From contig JACQXK010000001.1 in the NCBI GenBank assembly GCA_016208765.1, positions 218 through 64,217 on the forward strand: 64,000 bases of DNA. Reading direction: 5' to 3'. The translations under genes and the position numbers were made by a program. The notes under the pieces are model-generated. The model saw only the letters and a list, made by a program, of their open reading frames with translations. It had not been told where the DNA came from and did not search any database. Positions 29,405 through 39,179 of the stretch are shown here, piece by piece; the stretch's first letter is position 1, and each line of letters starts with the position of its first letter. Source of the stretch: Candidatus Omnitrophota bacterium. GTDB taxonomy: Bacteria > Omnitrophota > Gorgyraeia > Gygaellales > Profunditerraquicolaceae.

Positions 29405-30059
29405 CACTTCAACAAAATATTTATGTATTGGCGTGTTTTGTGACGGCAAAGTTCATGAATATAACCTTGAAACAGGCCGGGAACTTTCGCGTTTAATCGC
29501 AGTTACCATTGACAGGGTTTTAAAGGCAGTCGGATTAGAGCCGGCTGATATTGGCTATTTTGCTTGCGGCCTTGGGCCGGGGTCTTTTACCGGTATGCGC
29601 GTGGGGGTCTCTTTTATTAAAGGCCTGGCTTGGGTGAATAAAAAGAAAGTAATAGGGATCTCCACTTTGGATATTTTGGCAAAAGGCATAAAAAGCGCAA
29701 ATCAAGATATTGTGCCGGTGATTGACGCAAAAAGAAATCTTTTTTATAGCTGTATTTTTAGTAATGCAAATGGACGGTTAAGAAGAAAAACGCCATATCT
29801 GTTGCTTAATCAGCAGGAGTTGCTAAAGAAAATAAAACCGCAAAGCATAATTCTTGGAGACGGGGTGCCATTATTGGGCAACCATATTTTTGGAGCGATA
29901 AGAGGAGCAGAAATCTTGGACAAAGATTACTGGTATCCTAAGGCCCATAATATTATTGAACTTGCTTTAGAAAAAATTAAAAATAAAAGTTTTAACAGCG
30001 CGTTTGATATAAAGCCTATTTATTTGTATCCCAAAGAATGTCAAATAAGGAATGTCTAA
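29385..30059 (+). CDS. tsaB: tRNA t6A biosynthesis protein TsaB (YeaZ)
   Basis: ILAIDTST N-terminus of the ASKHA-fold Kae1/TsaD paralogue; lacks the metal-binding His pair. Confidence 0.8.
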   Translation: MKILAIDTSTKYLCIGVFCDGKVHEYNLETGRELSRLIAVTIDRVLKAVGLEPADIGYFACGLGPGSFTGMRVGVSFIKGLAWVNKKKVIGISTLDILAKGIKSANQDIVPVIDAKRNLFYSCIFSNANGRLRRKTPYLLLNQQELLKKIKPQSIILGDGVPLLGNHIFGAIRGAEILDKDYWYPKAHNIIELALEKIKNKSFNSAFDIKPIYLYPKECQIRNV

Positions 30060-31179
30060 AGCTATGCATACTCGTTATTACCGTCCTACATGGGCAGAAG
30101 TAAATTTAGCAAATCTCGGGCATAATTTCCGCCAGATTAAAAAGCATCTTAAGCCGGGGGTGAGGGTGCTGGTAACAGTTAAAGCTGATGCTTATGGGCA
30201 TGGCTTGCTGCCTGTAGCCAAAAGGCTTGTGGCTGAAGGAGTTGATTTTTTAGGAGTGGCATCCATTGACGAAGGCATAAAGCTCAGAGAATCCGGGATT
30301 ACCAAGCCTGTTTTAATCCTCGGGGTTATTCTTAAAGAGGACATTGCTCCTGTTTTTAAATACAACCTTACGCCTACTGTTTGTGATTTTGATTTGGCAA
30401 GCGCTTTAAACAAAAGAGCAAGGTCGTCAGGCAGGCCCATGAATATTCATATAAAAGTTGACACCGGTATGGGCCGCATCGGGGTTTTGCATCAGGATGC
30501 GTTTATTTTAATAAAGAGGATCAGTAATCTTAAGCATCTTAAAATTGAAGGACTTTTTACGCATTTTGCTTTTGCCGATATGGATAAAGATTTTACCTTG
30601 CATCAGGCAGGATTATTGGAGAGCTTGGTAAATAAGCTAAAATTAAAGGGGGTAAATATTCCCTTGATTCATGCAGCAAATAGCATGGGGATTATTGATT
30701 GTAAAAGCGCTCATTTTAATATGGTCAGGCCCGGTCTTGTTATTTACGGGCTTTATCCTAAAGAAAATCTTAGCATTCATTTAAAACCGGTATTGAGCCT
30801 AAAGACACGGGTGGTTTATGTTAAAAATGTCCCTGAAAGCTATGGAGTAAGTTACGGGCATGCCTATATAACAAAAACATCCACAAGGATAGTTACCTTG
30901 CCGATTGGCTATGGCGACGGATATCCGCGTAATTTGTCTAATATCGCCCCTGTTTTGATCAGGGGCAGGCGTTTTAAGCTTAGCGGCAGGATTTGCATGG
31001 ATCAGATTATGGTTGATGTTGGCCGTGTTCCGGTACGTGTCGGAGAAGAGGCAGTTTTGATCGGCAGCCAGAGAAGAAACAAGATTACTGCAGAAGAATT
31101 GGCCAGCTTGAGCGGTACTATCCCCTATGAAATAGCCTGCGGTTTAGGCAGCCGAATCCCGAGGGTTTATATTGATTAA
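30052..31179 (+). CDS. alr: alanine racemase
   Basis: RPTWAEVNL N-terminus, PLP-Lys VKADAYGHG; the start may instead be the ATG at 30064. Confidence 0.9.
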   Translation: MSKAMHTRYYRPTWAEVNLANLGHNFRQIKKHLKPGVRVLVTVKADAYGHGLLPVAKRLVAEGVDFLGVASIDEGIKLRESGITKPVLILGVILKEDIAPVFKYNLTPTVCDFDLASALNKRARSSGRPMNIHIKVDTGMGRIGVLHQDAFILIKRISNLKHLKIEGLFTHFAFADMDKDFTLHQAGLLESLVNKLKLKGVNIPLIHAANSMGIIDCKSAHFNMVRPGLVIYGLYPKENLSIHLKPVLSLKTRVVYVKNVPESYGVSYGHAYITKTSTRIVTLPIGYGDGYPRNLSNIAPVLIRGRRFKLSGRICMDQIMVDVGRVPVRVGEEAVLIGSQRRNKITAEELASLSGTIPYEIACGLGSRIPRVYID

Positions 31180-32276
31180 GGAAGTGTTTTTATAAAGTAG
31201 ATTCCTGCTGAAAGCCCGATGATATGGCTGAGCGAAGCGGAGAGTATGGGAGGCAATATCCCTCCTTTTCCGAGCGCGATGCTGATGGCATCAAAAATGT
31301 AGTAAAGAAATCCCACCAGAATTGAAACTCCGATAGAAGATAATCCGGTAGCTTTTCTGCGCATTATTAGTGAAAACGGTATACCCAAAAGAATAATGAT
31401 CAGGTTTGTAAATGGGGCGGCGAACCTTTGATAAAGATCAACCTTTAAATTGCGGATAACACTTGAGGCTCCGCTTTTTGAAAGCCTCCAGATGTAATCT
31501 TCAAGCTGAGGGATGGTCATAAAATCCGGGCGTTGCCTTTGGTTTTGGAAATCACCCGGTTTTTCGGGTATGGACATGATTTCTTCTTCAAAATATGTAG
31601 GTTCCTGAATAACCTGCCCGTTTTTGTCAAAATTATAGGTAATGCACTGATAGAATTTCCATAGTCCATCCGAATAAATTCCTTTATTAGCGACGATTTT
31701 TTTTATCAGATTCTGATGCTCGTCGTGCTCTAAGATGGTGATCCCCTCCATGGTGTTTGTAGCGGCAAAATATCTATTGATAAAAAATAGACGGTTCTTA
31801 ATCCCGTACATAGAAAGGTTGTTGATTACTTCTTGTCGTTTTTGATTTGCCCTGCCTGCTCCATAATCCATTTGTTCACGGATATTTACCAGCTTAGCCT
31901 GCGAGCGGGATATTACTGCATTATTTACATAGAAAACAAAAATACTTATTATTACCCCAAAGACAATCGTGGTTTTTGTGATCTGGAAAACGCTCAGGCC
32001 TGATGAGCGCATTGCGATAATTTCATTATCCTGGTTTAATTTGCCAAACGAATAAAGCGTGCTTAAAAGGCAGGCAAATGGAGAGACTTGTACAAACATG
32101 ACAGGAAGGTTTAGCAGGTAATACTGAGCTAAAATATAAATGGGGATTTTTAATTTCATCAAATCTTCAAGGCGGGTGAGCACGTCAATAATAATGTAAA
32201 GAAAAAGGAAAATAAAAACACAGGAAATAAATATTTTTACAACGGGTTTTAATGTATAGCGGTCTAAGATGCGCAT
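31176..32276 (-). CDS. lptG: LPS export permease LptG (YjgP/YjgQ family)
   Basis: 6-TM permease with a periplasmic beta-jellyroll; paired with its paralogue upstream on the same strand. Confidence 0.8.
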   Translation of the reverse strand: MRILDRYTLKPVVKIFISCVFIFLFLYIIIDVLTRLEDLMKLKIPIYILAQYYLLNLPVMFVQVSPFACLLSTLYSFGKLNQDNEIIAMRSSGLSVFQITKTTIVFGVIISIFVFYVNNAVISRSQAKLVNIREQMDYGAGRANQKRQEVINNLSMYGIKNRLFFINRYFAATNTMEGITILEHDEHQNLIKKIVANKGIYSDGLWKFYQCITYNFDKNGQVIQEPTYFEEEIMSIPEKPGDFQNQRQRPDFMTIPQLEDYIWRLSKSGASSVIRNLKVDLYQRFAAPFTNLIIILLGIPFSLIMRRKATGLSSIGVSILVGFLYYIFDAISIALGKGGILPPILSASLSHIIGLSAGIYFIKTLP

Positions 32277-33364
32277 GTTTTAATCGTTAAAAATGTTCCT
32301 AAGGCTGCGAAAATAGCGTTTGGTATCCACATGGCTAAATGCGGATTAATTTTTGCCTCCATGCCCAAGGCCGCGGCTCCGATAATAAGAGGATAATATA
32401 CAAGGATAATCAGCACCGCTATTCCTATATTAATAGCTTTTTCTCTTCGGCGCGTAATCAAGGCAAGGGGCGCTCCGATAAGTATAAATACAAAACAGGA
32501 CAGTGCAAGGTTGATCTTTTCGTTAATTTGCGTTACAAGAGGGGCAGGGTCAATTCCGTTTTTTTGTAATTTTCTGATTTCCTGCCGAAGCTCCTTGATG
32601 GTCATGTCTTTTGGTTTCTTATCAAGTTTTTCTTTGTTAGTCTGAGAAAGATTTAAATTCATAAAGTATGTTTTGAAATTAAGCTTATAAAAGTTTGTGG
32701 GGTTTTCCAAGTCCGGCTCATCCGAAGTGCCGTCTACAAGTTTTAATTTTATGATTTTCTTTTCGGGGATGGCGATAAATTCACCGCTTCGCGCGACAAT
32801 AGTGCGGGTAGGTTTTCCTTCCTGCGGTTCGTATATACGCACGTTATAAATCTTATTTTTTTTCTGGTCCACACGGTAGATAAAAAGCACGTATTTCTGA
32901 AAAGAATTTATAAAGACACCTTCTTCAAAGGCAGCTGTCGGATTCTTGAGCCCGACCTGAGTCAGTGTCTGCCGGTAGGCATAGTGCGCATAGGCAGAGG
33001 CACGGTCATTAAAGATTATGAGCCCAAGGCTTAAGATCGCCCCGATTACAATAAAAGGAAAAATTAGCTTTATGATATTTACTCCGCTTGAACGTATGGC
33101 AATAACCTCGTTGTCGCTTGAAAGCCTTCCTAATGATAAAAGCACCGCAATTAAGACGGAGATCGGAAGCGCGTAGGTAACAATGTATGGCATCATGAAT
33201 AAGAAAAGTTTTAAAACGCTAAAAATATCTACGCCTTTATTGATTACAAGGTCAGCGATTCTTTTGAGGTTGCCCACCAGGACCATCACAAAGCTTAATA
33301 CCCCTAAAGACAAGAATAGAGGAGTAAGAAATTCCCGAAGAAAATAATTACGTAATGTTTTCAT
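32264..33364 (-). CDS. lptF: LPS export permease LptF (YjgP/YjgQ family)
   Basis: Same family; overlaps the lptG start. Confidence 0.8.
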   Translation of the reverse strand: MKTLRNYFLREFLTPLFLSLGVLSFVMVLVGNLKRIADLVINKGVDIFSVLKLFLFMMPYIVTYALPISVLIAVLLSLGRLSSDNEVIAIRSSGVNIIKLIFPFIVIGAILSLGLIIFNDRASAYAHYAYRQTLTQVGLKNPTAAFEEGVFINSFQKYVLFIYRVDQKKNKIYNVRIYEPQEGKPTRTIVARSGEFIAIPEKKIIKLKLVDGTSDEPDLENPTNFYKLNFKTYFMNLNLSQTNKEKLDKKPKDMTIKELRQEIRKLQKNGIDPAPLVTQINEKINLALSCFVFILIGAPLALITRRREKAINIGIAVLIILVYYPLIIGAAALGMEAKINPHLAMWIPNAIFAALGTFLTIKTCAS

Positions 33365-33367
33365 TGG

Positions 33368-34108
33368 TTAGTTAGCAAGAGTAATGGCGAAGATGACATT
33401 TGCGCCGGACTCTTTTAGGGGCCGGCTGGCTTCAGATGCGGTGGCCCCCGAAGTTAAAACATCATCAATTAGCAGGATATTTTTACCTCGTATATCTCGT
33501 TTATTAGTAAAAGTAAAACAGCCTTTTACATTGTTGAACCTTTGGTTGTGGTCTAATTCTGTCTGCGTGCCGGTATTGCGGCTGCGCAAGATCACGTCAG
33601 TTAAAATATCTTTATTGAATTCATCCGCGATTATTTTTGCCAGAAGATGCGCTTGGTTAAATTCTCTCTCGCGCAGCTTTGTTTCATAAAGGGGCACAGG
33701 GATAATGAAATCAATGTAGCTAATGGGCAGGTTATATTCTTTAATGAAATTTGTCATTAGTTTTCCAAGTCCGTCGGCAAGATGGTCCTTATTTCTATAT
33801 TTAAACTCATGGATTAATTCTTTGATTGTCCCTGTGTAACTGCAGGGGCTAAAGGCCCGGTCAAAATGAAATATTTTTCTCTGGCACTGCCCGCAGGTAT
33901 TTTTAGAATAATTCTTTTTGTCTAATTGCCTTCCGCATGAAGAACAGAAAGGAGGCAGATTTACCAATATGTTCTTGCGGCATGGCCCGCAGATAAAATT
34001 ATCAAGCGCCTTGCCCGGATTATTGCCGGTTGTAAACTTTTTTTTGCAGGCAAGGCAGGTTTTAGGATAAATTAAATCCGTTAAACCATTAAAAATATTG
34101 CGCAGCAT
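33368..34108 (-). CDS. comFC: ComF-family protein (double zinc ribbon + phosphoribosyltransferase)
   Basis: N-terminal C-x2-C…C-x2-C pairs; C-terminal PRTase motif ILLIDDVLTSGAT. Confidence 0.8.
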   Translation of the reverse strand: MLRNIFNGLTDLIYPKTCLACKKKFTTGNNPGKALDNFICGPCRKNILVNLPPFCSSCGRQLDKKNYSKNTCGQCQRKIFHFDRAFSPCSYTGTIKELIHEFKYRNKDHLADGLGKLMTNFIKEYNLPISYIDFIIPVPLYETKLREREFNQAHLLAKIIADEFNKDILTDVILRSRNTGTQTELDHNQRFNNVKGCFTFTNKRDIRGKNILLIDDVLTSGATASEASRPLKESGANVIFAITLAN

Positions 34109-34294
34109 AGGGATATAATAACAATGAAATTATCTTTTGTCAAAATAAATAGAAAGCGGAGATTTCTGGGAGATTTTTTACCTGGTCCTTGACATTTGTC
34201 TTTAAATATGTTAGCCTTAATAGCACGTTATAGTAACTTATGAATATTTATAAGAAGTAATTAATTTTCGGTATAGAAAACGGTTGTGTAAAAT

Positions 34295-34516
34295 ATGGAA
34301 AAAGATAAGTTTCTGACAGTTGATGAGCTTTGCAAATACATCAAGATTCCCAAACCGACAATTTACATGCTGCTTGGCAAAGGGCATATCCCTGCAGCCA
34401 AGATCGGCAGGCAATGGAGGTTCAATAAAGACTCAATTGATGAGTGGATGAGGAAAAAAGAGGAGTATTACACCACAAGAAAAGAACGAAGAAAACGATC
34501 CGTATACAATTCATAA
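34295..34516 (+). CDS. small excisionase-family helix-turn-helix DNA-binding protein
   Basis: LTVDELCKYIKIPKPTIYMLLGKGHIPAAKIGRQWRF matches the excisionase/MerR-like HTH_17 pattern; basic C-terminal tail. Confidence 0.6.
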   Translation: MEKDKFLTVDELCKYIKIPKPTIYMLLGKGHIPAAKIGRQWRFNKDSIDEWMRKKEEYYTTRKERRKRSVYNS

Positions 34517-34595
34517 GCAAACGGAATCATAATTATATAAGTTCTTAAGAGTGTAAAAAGTTGCATAGCCTAAGTAATGGCTCAACAGTGAGTAA

Positions 34596-35834
34596 ATGCG
34601 CAAAAAAAGGATCGTCATTACAGGCATAGGTGTGGTATCTCCGGTTGGCCTCGGGAAAGAAGCTTTCTGGCATAACCTTTGGGAAGGTAAGCCGGGATTC
34701 GGGCCAATCAGTCTTTTTGATACCTCTGACCTTAAGGTTAAGGTCGCAGGCGAGGCCTCTGGATTTAACCCCCAGGAAATATTGGGGAAAAGAGGTTTGA
34801 TTGACCTTGACCGCGCCACGACACTATTATTATCCGCCGCTAAGTTTTGCCTTCAAGATAGCCAAATAGATTTAGCTAATATCAACTCTCCGACTACCGG
34901 TATTTGTATCGGCACTACCTTCGGAAGCCTCAACAGCCTTTCTGAGTTTGACGAACAATCTCTTCAGGAGGGGCCAAATTTTGTTAATGCCTCCAGATTT
35001 CCTAATACCGTAATCAATTCCCCGGCGAGCCGCGCAGCAATCCGTTATGGAATTAAAGGGCCGAATACTACTGTTTCCACAGGTTTCTGCGCCAGCCTTG
35101 ATGCCCTGGAGCACGCGGTTGATACTATTAACGCCGGGCGTGCAGAGAGGATAATTGCTGGCGGGCTTGAAGAGATGTGTATCCAGACCTTTCTTGGTTT
35201 TTACAGGCTCGGGTATCTGTCCGGCCTGAAGAATAACTATGAGCCAACAAGCTGTCCTTTTGACAAGAGAAGGGATGGTATAATTTTCTCCGAGGGGTCT
35301 GGAGTTTTTCTGGTTGAGGAGTTAGATGCTGCGCTTAACCGCAATGCGCATATTTATGCTGAGGTTCTTGGTATTGGTTCTGATTTTGACCCGTTTCGTT
35401 TGCACAAATTTAATCCAAAGGCTCGCGGCATGATAGAGGCGATGCAGTTTGCCTTGGAAGACGCGGGCATTGATACAGGTAAAATTGATTGTATTTTTGC
35501 CAATGCCAATTCAACTCCAGACGGAGATTATGTTGAGGCGAGGGCAATCCGGGAAGTTTTCCAAAAGCAGGCAGATGAAGTTCCGGTAACTGCCGTAAAA
35601 TCTATTACCGGTGAGTCGTTTAGCGCAGGAGGAAGTTTTGCGCTTGCTGCTGCTTTAGGCACTCTTGAAACAGGGCTTATTCCTCCGATAGTTAATTTTG
35701 AACAGGCAGATGCAGCAAGCAGGCTTAATTTTGTAAGTGATTCGGCAAGGATGGATAATGTTGATAAAATTATGATTAATGCCTTTGGTCCGAATGGCGC
35801 AAATAGTTCTGTGGTAATAGGGAGATATTATTAA
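34596..35834 (+). CDS. beta-ketoacyl synthase-like protein with a degenerate catalytic triad (Cys retained, both His lost): CLF-like / non-decarboxylating partner
   Basis: KAS I/II thiolase fold. Active-site Cys present (TGFCASLDALEHA). The HGTGT His box reads ANANSTPDGD (H to N). The KSxxGH box reads KSITGESFSAGG (H to E). Confidence 0.8.
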   Translation: MRKKRIVITGIGVVSPVGLGKEAFWHNLWEGKPGFGPISLFDTSDLKVKVAGEASGFNPQEILGKRGLIDLDRATTLLLSAAKFCLQDSQIDLANINSPTTGICIGTTFGSLNSLSEFDEQSLQEGPNFVNASRFPNTVINSPASRAAIRYGIKGPNTTVSTGFCASLDALEHAVDTINAGRAERIIAGGLEEMCIQTFLGFYRLGYLSGLKNNYEPTSCPFDKRRDGIIFSEGSGVFLVEELDAALNRNAHIYAEVLGIGSDFDPFRLHKFNPKARGMIEAMQFALEDAGIDTGKIDCIFANANSTPDGDYVEARAIREVFQKQADEVPVTAVKSITGESFSAGGSFALAAALGTLETGLIPPIVNFEQADAASRLNFVSDSARMDNVDKIMINAFGPNGANSSVVIGRYY

Positions 35835-35835
35835 G

Positions 35836-36273
35836 ATGGCTTATCTTAATATTGAGCAGATAATGCAAAGTATTTCGCAAAGGTTCCCGATGTTGTTTGT
35901 TGACAGGATCATTGAGCTTGAGCCGGGAAAGCAGGTTACAGCGATAAAAAATGTAACGATGAATGAACAATTTTTTTCAGGGCACTTTCCGGATGCCCCT
36001 ATTATGCCCGGGACATTGATTGTTGAAGCAATGGCGCAGGTCTCAACTTTTCTTTTTTATAATCCCGAGGACCCTCATAAAAAACTTGATTTCTTTTTGG
36101 GTGTAATTAAAGATGCCCGTTTTTTTAGGCCTGTAGTTCCCGGTGACAAAATAAAGATTGTTGCCCAGAGTATCCGGCTGGCAGAAGATAGCGCATACGT
36201 TAAGGCAAGCGCAGTTGTTGAGGATGCAAAGGTTTGTGAGGCAGAGCTTGTATTCGTGCGGAGAAAGAAATGA
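35836..36273 (+). CDS. fabZ: FabZ-like 3-hydroxyacyl-ACP dehydratase (hotdog fold)
   Basis: …FFSGHFPDAPIMPGTLIVEAMAQV… catalytic His and hotdog motif. Confidence 0.85.
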   Translation: MAYLNIEQIMQSISQRFPMLFVDRIIELEPGKQVTAIKNVTMNEQFFSGHFPDAPIMPGTLIVEAMAQVSTFLFYNPEDPHKKLDFFLGVIKDARFFRPVVPGDKIKIVAQSIRLAEDSAYVKASAVVEDAKVCEAELVFVRRKK

Positions 36274-37481
36274 AAAGAATTGTTATTACCGGCCTTGGGG
36301 CGGTTACTTCTATCGGATTGGGATGGAAAGATTTCTGGGTTAACCTTTTAGAAGGAAGATCCGGTATTTCAAAGATAACGGTTTTTGATACATCAAGGCA
36401 CGTAACTCACGTGGGAGGCGAGGTAAAAAGTTTTCGCCCGGAAGATTTTATTCCAAGGGCAAAAATAAAATATATCGGCAGGGCTTCGCAATTGGCGATT
36501 GCCGCGACTAAAATGGCATTGGCTGATGCAAAACTGGAAAAAGAGCTTTATTCTGAGGTGAGGACTTCGGTTTGCCTTGGTACGACTATGGGAGAGATCA
36601 GGTCGGTGGAAACCGCGGATCATTCCTGGATTAATTCAAGTAAAGATAAGCATCAGATTGACCCTTTTGAGGTTTACCGTTCTTCGGTAAATAATATCCC
36701 CTCAAATGTAGCCATTGCGTTTCACTTAAAAGGAAGGAACCGTATTTTTACCACTGCCTGTGCATCAGGAAATTACGCTATTGGCTACGGGTTTGATCTT
36801 TTGCGTTCAGGAAAAACAGACCTTGTTGTTGCAGGAGGCGCAGATGCACTTTCTTGGATTGCCTTTACCGGTTTTAATAAAGTGAGCGCCACTGCTCCAG
36901 AAAGATGCCAGCCTTTTGACAAAAATAGATTAGGCATGATCCCCGGAGAGGGCTCGGGTGTGTTAGTGCTTGAGGATTTGGATTCTGCGCTTTTGCGGGG
37001 TGCGCCTATTTATGCAGAAATCTTAGGCTATGGTTTAAGCTGTGATGCCAATCATATGACCAATCCAAATCCCGAGGGGGTTGCTGCTTGCATGCGCAAT
37101 GCCATGCTTGATGCCGGAATAAAACCAAGAGATGTTGATTATATCAGCGCGCATGGCACTGGAACTATTTTTAATGATAGGACAGAGAGTGCTGCTATTA
37201 ACGAGGTTTTTGGCAAGCGTTCGGTAAAGGTGAGCTCAATTAAGTCTATGCTGGGCCATACCATGGGAGCGGCCTCGGCAATTGAGGCAATTGCCTGCTG
37301 CCTTGCCTTAAAAGACCAGGTGCTTCCTCCGACGATAAATTATGAAACTCCGGATCCGGAATGTGATATAGATTGTATTCCTAATGCCGCCAGAAAACAA
37401 AAAGTGGATGTGGTTTTGAACAATGGTTTTGCTTTTGGCGGGAATAATGCTTGTGTCGTGTTAAAAAGATTTACAACTTGA
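36270..37481 (+). CDS. beta-ketoacyl-ACP synthase II-like (catalytically complete)
   Basis: Cys (TACASGNYAIGYG), His (ISAHGTGT), Lys/His (KSMLGHTMGAAS), C-terminal NNGFAFGGNNACVVL. Confidence 0.85.
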   Translation: MKRIVITGLGAVTSIGLGWKDFWVNLLEGRSGISKITVFDTSRHVTHVGGEVKSFRPEDFIPRAKIKYIGRASQLAIAATKMALADAKLEKELYSEVRTSVCLGTTMGEIRSVETADHSWINSSKDKHQIDPFEVYRSSVNNIPSNVAIAFHLKGRNRIFTTACASGNYAIGYGFDLLRSGKTDLVVAGGADALSWIAFTGFNKVSATAPERCQPFDKNRLGMIPGEGSGVLVLEDLDSALLRGAPIYAEILGYGLSCDANHMTNPNPEGVAACMRNAMLDAGIKPRDVDYISAHGTGTIFNDRTESAAINEVFGKRSVKVSSIKSMLGHTMGAASAIEAIACCLALKDQVLPPTINYETPDPECDIDCIPNAARKQKVDVVLNNGFAFGGNNACVVLKRFTT

Positions 37482-37494
37482 AAAGGAGGAAGCG

Positions 37495-37746
37495 ATGTTA
37501 GAGAATTTAGAAATGGAATTTAAGGAGATGTTATCAAAATTAACCGGGCTTGAACCAACTGAAATCGGCGACGAGGATGATTTGTTTAAAGACCTGGGGA
37601 TTGATTCTTTAAAGGTTATTGAGATTGCCACGCAAATTGAACGTAACTACAAAGTTGTGGTAAAAGACAGCCAGTTGGCGCGCCTGCGTACAGTAAAAGA
37701 CGCGGTAACTTTTTTAAGGGACCTTTTGGAGAAAAAGAATGCCTAA
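37495..37746 (+). CDS. acyl carrier protein
   Basis: LGIDSLKVIEIATQIE phosphopantetheine attachment site (DSL). Confidence 0.8.
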   Translation: MLENLEMEFKEMLSKLTGLEPTEIGDEDDLFKDLGIDSLKVIEIATQIERNYKVVVKDSQLARLRTVKDAVTFLRDLLEKKNA

Positions 37747-39049
37747 GGAAAAAAGAATTGCCATTACCGGTATAGGCCCGCTTGCATCCATTGGCACGGG
37801 CCGTAAAGAATTGTGGCAGAATTTGCTCGCCGGTAAAACTAATATTAAACTTGATGAAGCTTATATTGGAGACGAGCTTTGGGATAAATATCATTTTCAC
37901 AAGGTTGACAATTTTGATATTTCCCGTTTCGGCCTTGACAGGGGCGCTTTGGATTGGATCAAAGACTGGAAGCAGGGTGATGAAATAAAGGATTTATTAT
38001 ATTTGTTAGCCGTGATCAAGCTTGCTATTGATGACAGTGGGTTAGTGTATAATCCAGATGCTGAAAGTGATTTCGGTTTGGTTTTAGCTCATGAAAATAT
38101 GGCGCTGATCCCGTTTTTATTTAAGGTCAGCGAAACTGCGTATAATCTCATGAGCGATAAATCAAAACAGCTTACAAAAAAGAAGTTTTACGACGAGGTT
38201 TATCGTCTTTGTCTTAAGGCTGGTTATGATGTTCAGCCGTTTATGACCTTGTTTCATGTGGCAAAAGTGTTTAATGTCAGGCAGCATTCTTTATTTATTT
38301 GTAATGCCTGTGCTTCGGGATTGTATGCTTTGGAAACCGCCAGTGAAATGATACATAGTAATCAGAATTCTTCGGTGATTGTTGCGGCTTCGGATTTTCC
38401 GGATATTTACAAGTATTTATGGTTTAGGGACCTGGGAATTTATTCTAAAGATGGGATTTGCCGGCCATTTTCCAAAGATAGTAACGGCCTTGTTTTTGGA
38501 GACGGCGGAGTCGCAATTGTTATGGAAGATATGGAACATGCAAAAAAACGCAATGCTCCCATATATGGTGAATATTTGGGCGGTGGTTTTGCTCTTGAAG
38601 GTTGGCAGGTCACTGTGCCAAAAGTCGGTAGTGATTCTTATCAGAACGCGATGTTAAAGGCCTTGGAGCAGAGCAAGGTAAAGAGAGAAGATATAGATTT
38701 GCTCTGCCCGCACGGAGTAGGCTCGCATGTTATTGATTATTATGAATCAAAGGCAATTACTGAGATTTTCGGAGACAACCCTAAAAAACCATTAATTACT
38801 GCTTTTAAGCCTTACGTCGGGCACAACTTGGGAGGCAGCGCTTTACTTGAAGCGGCGATTTTGCTGCTTTGTTTGAGTAATGACACGGTTTTACCCGCTC
38901 TTAATTCCAGCAATTCTAATCCCGCCTATAAAATCCAACTTGTTCAGCAAACAGCAAAAACCAGGCTTAAAACTGTAATGAAAGCTTGTGCTGCCTTTGC
39001 CGGATTCAATTCCGCAGTGGTGTTTGGGAAGGGTGATAGCCTTGTGTAG
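37739..39049 (+). CDS. divergent beta-ketoacyl synthase with Cys-His-His triad and an ~80-aa N-terminal insertion
   Basis: ICNACASGLYALETA (Cys), LCPHGVGSH (His), KPYVGHNLGGSA (His). The insertion between the first conserved block and the Cys loop has no clear family match. Confidence 0.75.
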   Translation: MPKEKRIAITGIGPLASIGTGRKELWQNLLAGKTNIKLDEAYIGDELWDKYHFHKVDNFDISRFGLDRGALDWIKDWKQGDEIKDLLYLLAVIKLAIDDSGLVYNPDAESDFGLVLAHENMALIPFLFKVSETAYNLMSDKSKQLTKKKFYDEVYRLCLKAGYDVQPFMTLFHVAKVFNVRQHSLFICNACASGLYALETASEMIHSNQNSSVIVAASDFPDIYKYLWFRDLGIYSKDGICRPFSKDSNGLVFGDGGVAIVMEDMEHAKKRNAPIYGEYLGGGFALEGWQVTVPKVGSDSYQNAMLKALEQSKVKREDIDLLCPHGVGSHVIDYYESKAITEIFGDNPKKPLITAFKPYVGHNLGGSALLEAAILLLCLSNDTVLPALNSSNSNPAYKIQLVQQTAKTRLKTVMKACAAFAGFNSAVVFGKGDSLV

Positions 39050-39092
39050 CACATTTTATACCAGCGAGTTACATCCCTGAAGAAAATCTGTC

Positions 39093-39120
39093 TTGACTCC
39101 TGAAAATTACATGTTATATT
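39093..39120 (+). promoter_or_regulatory. sigma70-like promoter candidate upstream of the secreted repeat protein / RHS operon
   Basis: TTGACT (39093-39098), 16-nt spacer, TATATT (39115-39120). Confidence 0.35.
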
Positions 39121-39179
39121 GAAATCAGATTTTGCCACGGAGAGAAAGCAGATTCTCTTAATAAGGAAAGGCTGAAATC

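Noticed and set aside
34109-34294. Promoter between comFC and the HTH gene (TTGACA at ~34189)
   Set aside because: A TTGACA hexamer is present, but no well-spaced -10 hexamer could be matched; it is too uncertain to list as a feature.
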